From: Candidatus Bathyarchaeota archaeon
GTDB taxonomy: Archaea > Thermoproteota > Bathyarchaeia > Hecatellales > Hecatellaceae
Assembly (NCBI GenBank): GCA_052246995.1
Contig: JBQPWD010000007.1
Location: forward strand, 1 to 64,000
Length of the DNA stretch: 64,000 nucleotides
Direction: 5' to 3'
A program made the translations under genes and the position numbers. Each line of letters begins with the position of its first letter. Within the stretch, counting starts at the first letter, position 1. This document shows positions 59,567-64,000 of the stretch, one piece after another. The notes beneath the pieces were generated by a model. It searched no databases, was not told the DNA's origin, and saw nothing but the letters and a program-made list of their open reading frames with translations.

Positions 59567-60502
59567 TTACTTTACGTGAACCATCTTTTTTAATTCTCCA
59601 ACAGTTACGAGTTTTTCAGCTACAAAGTCGTGTTTATGGATTGTTTCCTTGCTTAGCTGTTTAAATTTAACAGAAATATTATCAGGTAAGTTTTTAAATT
59701 CTTTAATGAAGTTTTTCATCATGAATCTTATACAATCCTCAACAAATCTGGGTTTGTTAACAGCCTGCTTTACAAGCTCAGCTTCATCAACCCTTTTAAG
59801 TAAACCATAACTTGAAGAGCTCATAGAATCCTCTATAATTTTTACAAGTTTAAATGCATCAACACTAAAGCCGTCAGGAACTTCCATAATAATCAAACCA
59901 TAGCTACGCTGCATATGAGTTGCCCATGGAAAATCATTAAGGAGACTTTCATATTGAGTTTTTTTCCTGTTAAACTCCTCCTTTAGCATTTCCTGGGCAC
60001 AAGGACAAGCAGTTATCCCTTCAACAAGTACACCTATCTTCTTCTTAGTAAAAATTGTACCATCAGATTTTTTGTAAGCTGAAGCCAAAGCAAAAATTTT
60101 ACATGGTTCATAACTTACCATACCTGTTTTTGGCGCGGTTTTTTTAACCATAGCCTCACCAACAGCCCTAACTTCAGCACGAGTTACATAGTTATGCTTG
60201 TTTAGAAGATCTTCAACAATATGTTTACAAACATCTTCAAGCTTGTAGGTTTTACCCGCAAACTTCTCTAAACCCTCAACAATAGTTTCATAATGTCTTG
60301 ACGCATGAATCCCTCTTTGATTTTTAGGCAAATTTACATATACAGAAAATGTGGGAACAACCAATGTTGGATGTTCACCAAAATAAATAAAACCTATAGG
60401 CATTTTTACACCAACAATTCCAACCTTGTCTAATGGAATCTTTATTTGTGGTTGAACGTCATGAACTTCAGGTAAATTTTCTAGGGGATCCACTCTAACC
60501 AT
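59567..60502 (-). CDS. mptA: GTP cyclohydrolase MptA (FolE2 family)
   Basis: RGIHASR, TACPCA, THMQRS, PRFVED, ETIHKHD. Confidence 0.9.
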   Translation of the reverse strand: MVRVDPLENLPEVHDVQPQIKIPLDKVGIVGVKMPIGFIYFGEHPTLVVPTFSVYVNLPKNQRGIHASRHYETIVEGLEKFAGKTYKLEDVCKHIVEDLLNKHNYVTRAEVRAVGEAMVKKTAPKTGMVSYEPCKIFALASAYKKSDGTIFTKKKIGVLVEGITACPCAQEMLKEEFNRKKTQYESLLNDFPWATHMQRSYGLIIMEVPDGFSVDAFKLVKIIEDSMSSSSYGLLKRVDEAELVKQAVNKPRFVEDCIRFMMKNFIKEFKNLPDNISVKFKQLSKETIHKHDFVAEKLVTVGELKKMVHVK

Positions 60503-60578
60503 GAAAAACAACACCACAAAATCTATACACAGCCTCTTAAGGAGAAGTACAACATTCATAATTAAAGATTTTTAAAAA

Positions 60579-62132
60579 CTAAAAAACATCAAAGTCTTGA
60601 AGATAACCTCTCCCAGTTTTAAGTGCAATATTTGCTTTTTGAAGTTCAGAGCCAAGATAAATTGCATGGTCTAGAAGGGAAATTAAGCCTTCTTTAACAA
60701 TTCTTCTACCTAACATCATCGGGTTTGAGCCCTCAAAGATAATAGGCGGCTTATTTTTATCGTAGCTAAAATAGAAAACAACAATTTTCCCTTTTTCCTC
60801 GTTAACATAGATTTTAAAGTACCCCCTAGGATCTTTAACATAACCTTCACTTTCCATGTCAACCTTGACCATGCATGCTTTAGACTTCCAGCATTTGAAC
60901 TCCTTTTTAAGTAGATCTTCGTCCTTTCTAGTTTTTTCCTTAAACCTTAAAAGGTCTATACCAAGATTTTTTGGTGGAACTTGAAGATTTTTTGCAACTG
61001 AAACCATTTTGATGGCTGTTGAAACTTCAAAAACGCTTCCTTTAGTTTTGTTGCTGGCTTCGGTTGTAAGTATGATGTTTGCTTTAACATCAAAGGCTAA
61101 GAGTGTAAGTAAAAAGTTTAACCCTTGAGAGTCAGCATCAACAAGCTCGGTTATATTTCCAGCGCCAAAAAGCATAGGAATCTTAGGGTTCCTTTTTCTA
61201 AACTCAAAGTATCCAAGTATTGAATCAACAAAGTTGTTAATGCTTAGTAGAGGGTCTGCAATTATGTAGTTAAAGCCAAATTTTTTAGCAAAATAAATGT
61301 TTTCTTCTAGTACCTTAACCCTTTCAACATAATTTTTAGGAATGTAACCATCTTTAGCTACAGGGGTTACAACAACTGGTGTTTTAAGGATTCTGTCATC
61401 CTTAGAGAGTTTTTCAACATTTTCACTATTAATACTTAAAATAAGGTTTGCACCAGCTTTAACAGCAGCTTTAATCTCATTTACATTAACAGAGTCTATG
61501 CTTATAGGCTTACCTAAGTTTTTAGATAAAAATTTAACTAGACTATAAGCTTTTTCGGGTTTTTCGTCACCTGCTTCCATGCCTACATCAATAATGTCGG
61601 CTCCATCTTTAACGTACTTTTTAGCCTTATCCAAGACTTCGCTCTTTGGAAGGGAGGGGGCGTTAACAATCTCCGCCATAACAATTGGTAAGGTTTTACT
61701 AGAAGCGTAAACATTTTCTCCAGAAAAGCTTTTGTCTTTAAACCTTAAAGATTTAACACCAGCTTGCCAGCATTTTTTAAGTTTTTCACTTAAAAGTTCA
61801 CATGCTGGTTTAACTGTTGAAAGCTCAAGCTTATCTATGTTTTCAAGGATTAGTTGAAGGTCTACTGCATGTTTAGGTCCTTTAAAAACGGCTACACCTA
61901 GGCTTTTTGAAATTTCAGCTACAGAACCTTTAATCATACCTGGAACAAGTATAAGGTTATAACCGTCAATGTTAGCCTCTTTAAGCTTTCTTAAAATGTA
62001 GGCTGGAGTTAAAAAAGCTGCAACCTGAATAGGTAAAACCAGCACATCAGCCTTAACACTGCTTTTTTTAACCTGTTTTTTAACAGCACCTTCTGCAAGT
62101 AAACCTGTAACTATAAGAATTTTCTTATTCAA
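60579..62132 (-). CDS. Dihydropteroate synthase-like protein with C-terminal DUF4346-type domain
   Basis: VTGLLA, KGPKHA, GADIIDVG, GNITELVDADS, DPRGYF, HAIYLGSEL. Confidence 0.88.
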   Translation of the reverse strand: MNKKILIVTGLLAEGAVKKQVKKSSVKADVLVLPIQVAAFLTPAYILRKLKEANIDGYNLILVPGMIKGSVAEISKSLGVAVFKGPKHAVDLQLILENIDKLELSTVKPACELLSEKLKKCWQAGVKSLRFKDKSFSGENVYASSKTLPIVMAEIVNAPSLPKSEVLDKAKKYVKDGADIIDVGMEAGDEKPEKAYSLVKFLSKNLGKPISIDSVNVNEIKAAVKAGANLILSINSENVEKLSKDDRILKTPVVVTPVAKDGYIPKNYVERVKVLEENIYFAKKFGFNYIIADPLLSINNFVDSILGYFEFRKRNPKIPMLFGAGNITELVDADSQGLNFLLTLLAFDVKANIILTTEASNKTKGSVFEVSTAIKMVSVAKNLQVPPKNLGIDLLRFKEKTRKDEDLLKKEFKCWKSKACMVKVDMESEGYVKDPRGYFKIYVNEEKGKIVVFYFSYDKNKPPIIFEGSNPMMLGRRIVKEGLISLLDHAIYLGSELQKANIALKTGRGYLQDFDVF

Positions 62133-63765
62133 CTCGGTCTTTAACCCCTATGTAAATTGTTAAAAAAGCTATGATAAGAAGGAGGAAACTTAAGGTTAAG
62201 GGTAAAGCTAGGCTTTCTAAGCCTACCAGATAAGTTACCATAAAAAGTATTAAAGGGAATAAACTTACAACTAAGCCAACAAAAACTACTGGCATAAGTT
62301 TGATAAGGTTGGAAGGTATGTTTATAGTCAAGGTTTCACCACCAACCTTAAAAGCCACATAAAGCTCAAAAAGTATTCCAGCAACAATTGCAGGTTGAAA
62401 GGTAAAGAAAAGTGCAAGGAAATAAAAACTAAAACTTTTAGCAATAAGAAAAGTTGAAACTACCGTTAACGTTGGGGCATAAACAACTGTTACAAGTAAA
62501 GCTTTAGAGAAAATTATTGTTCTTAGACTTAGGGGTAGGGTTAGTGGATAAGCGTTTGAAGAAACATCACCCCCAAGAATGTATGGAGTAAGAAAAGCAA
62601 AAATTGCAGCTAAGCTTGAAAAAATGAAAAAAATATCATTTAAATTGATGCTATTCTTCCAGCTTATTGGAAGGATAATAGAACCAATAAAAACTATGGG
62701 AAAAATAAAGGCTAAAAATTGCGAGGGATCTCTAGACATAATTTTAAGGTCTTTTAAAATTAAAGCTTTAAATACGCCTCCACTAAACCATACCCAAACA
62801 TTTTCCACCAACTTTAAATCTTTCCTGAAAAACTTAACTCCTTCACCTGTACAGATTTTTGTTAAAGTTTTTCCAGCCCATTTACTGCCAAAAAAACCTA
62901 AAAGGGTGTAGAAAGTTAAAGATATGAGAAGCAGCAAATAATGGCTGGAAGTAAAAACAGAATGTGGTTTAAAGTTTGCAGTTAATGATGCCAACAAGCT
63001 TAATGGTAAAGGATATATTAGGTATGCAAGCCTATTTGAAGTTAAAGCCTCTTTAAGAAAGGCTACAACAAGGTTTATCGTGAAGGGTTTTGATATAAAA
63101 ATAAACCATATGAAACCTACACCCGCAAAACCCAGTGCCCATAAAAACATTAAAAAAATTCTTAGAAGAGATTTAGCTTTTGAAGAAGTAAAAACAAGAA
63201 ATCTACTGTAAAATATTTTTGAAAACCAAGTTATGCATAGAAAGGCAATCAAGATATTTATAAGACTTACAAATATAATGGATAAAAATGCAAAAACTGA
63301 CATTGACAGATAACCATAAACTATTGATAATGGGACAATAAGTAGCATAAGTGGAATGTCAAAAAATGAGACAAAAGTTGCTGATGGAAGCTTTGCCAAG
63401 TCGTTAGGGGATATGGGTAGGTGGTTAATAGCTAAGAAGACTTTAGAAGTATACATTGAAATTATAAGGTTTAAGCCAATAAAGATTATGAAGAAGAAGC
63501 TTAGAAGTAGGTATAGCGTTATCAGCGTTACATCAAAAAAGAAAGCATCCTCAGGGTTAAATAAATCTAATCTTAAAAAACTAAGGTAGATGGATAAAAA
63601 AATGAAGATTCCTGTTAATGAAATTCTACTAAGCTTGCTATCTCTAAGTGAGAGTTTTATTGCTGTTTTAAGATCACCCTTAAATATTCTTTTTTCAAAC
63701 GAAGCTTTAAAAATAGCTTCTTTATAGAGGATTTTGCCGATTTTAAATATTTCTTTAAACTTCAC
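62125..63765 (-). CDS. ABC-2 type exporter permease
   Basis: About 14 TM segments, KDLKIMSRDP, LPLS; follows an ABC ATPase. Confidence 0.8.
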   Translation of the reverse strand: MKFKEIFKIGKILYKEAIFKASFEKRIFKGDLKTAIKLSLRDSKLSRISLTGIFIFLSIYLSFLRLDLFNPEDAFFFDVTLITLYLLLSFFFIIFIGLNLIISMYTSKVFLAINHLPISPNDLAKLPSATFVSFFDIPLMLLIVPLSIVYGYLSMSVFAFLSIIFVSLINILIAFLCITWFSKIFYSRFLVFTSSKAKSLLRIFLMFLWALGFAGVGFIWFIFISKPFTINLVVAFLKEALTSNRLAYLIYPLPLSLLASLTANFKPHSVFTSSHYLLLLISLTFYTLLGFFGSKWAGKTLTKICTGEGVKFFRKDLKLVENVWVWFSGGVFKALILKDLKIMSRDPSQFLAFIFPIVFIGSIILPISWKNSINLNDIFFIFSSLAAIFAFLTPYILGGDVSSNAYPLTLPLSLRTIIFSKALLVTVVYAPTLTVVSTFLIAKSFSFYFLALFFTFQPAIVAGILFELYVAFKVGGETLTINIPSNLIKLMPVVFVGLVVSLFPLILFMVTYLVGLESLALPLTLSFLLLIIAFLTIYIGVKDRVE

Positions 63766-64000
63766 TGTTCATTAAAAGCCTCACGTAAAGCTTTAACAGT
63801 TTCAGCTACAAGCTTATCTTCCTCAATTACTCTTAAAAGTATTTCTTCAAGGGAAGCATCAGCCTCACGTATAAGTTTTCTTAACTCTTCAACAGTTCCT
63901 TCAGCAATAATTTTACCTTTGTTAATTATACCTATTCTTGTACAAAGTTTTTCAGCAACCTCTAAAATATGGGTTGAAAAAAGAATTGCCCCTCCTTTTT
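63762..64000 (-). CDS. ABC transporter ATP-binding protein, C-terminal part (runs off window)
   Basis: GAILFSTHILEVAEKLCTRIGIINKGKIIAEGTVEEL...SLEE. Confidence 0.9.
   Translation of the reverse strand, partial: KGGAILFSTHILEVAEKLCTRIGIINKGKIIAEGTVEELRKLIREADASLEEILLRVIEEDKLVAETVKALREAFNEQ

Noticed and set aside
1-64000. CRISPR arrays, rRNA, IS elements, Sec/Pyl read-through
   Set aside because: No regularly spaced repeats, rRNA-like tract or transposase/integrase motif, and no conserved gene interrupted by an in-frame TGA/TAG was noticed by eye.

Overview
Low-GC archaeal chromosome segment of TACK type, most consistent with Bathyarchaeia (inferred from TFE-beta, split Kae1/Bud32, MptA plus DHPS-like genes and multi-intron tRNAs). 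It is dominated by information-processing housekeeping genes: topoisomerase VI, aIF1A/aIF2beta/aIF2gamma/aIF5B, Rio1/Dim2, MetRS, HisRS, RadA, NucS, the GINS-PriS-PriL-PCNA cluster, DnaG, TFS, KEOPS and tRNA modification enzymes. There are five tRNAs, three carrying two BHB introns each, mostly at non-canonical positions. No CRISPR array, rRNA, integrase or transposase was recognised. Observations not explained by the ORF track: (i) metG and ndk have no in-frame ATG/GTG/TTG and appear to start at CTG and ATA behind Shine-Dalgarno sites; (ii) a small transcription unit encodes a 14-21 aa Lys/Glu micropeptide whose 5' and 3' flanks base-pair; (iii) a 58-aa acidic ORF with a perfect palindromic operator is nested antisense in a PHP gene; (iv) introns within the same pre-tRNA are complementary to each other; (v) a GDPD-nucleotide N-glycosidase fusion; (vi) a Sua5 remnant. 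All calls are by eye from motifs; no searches were run.
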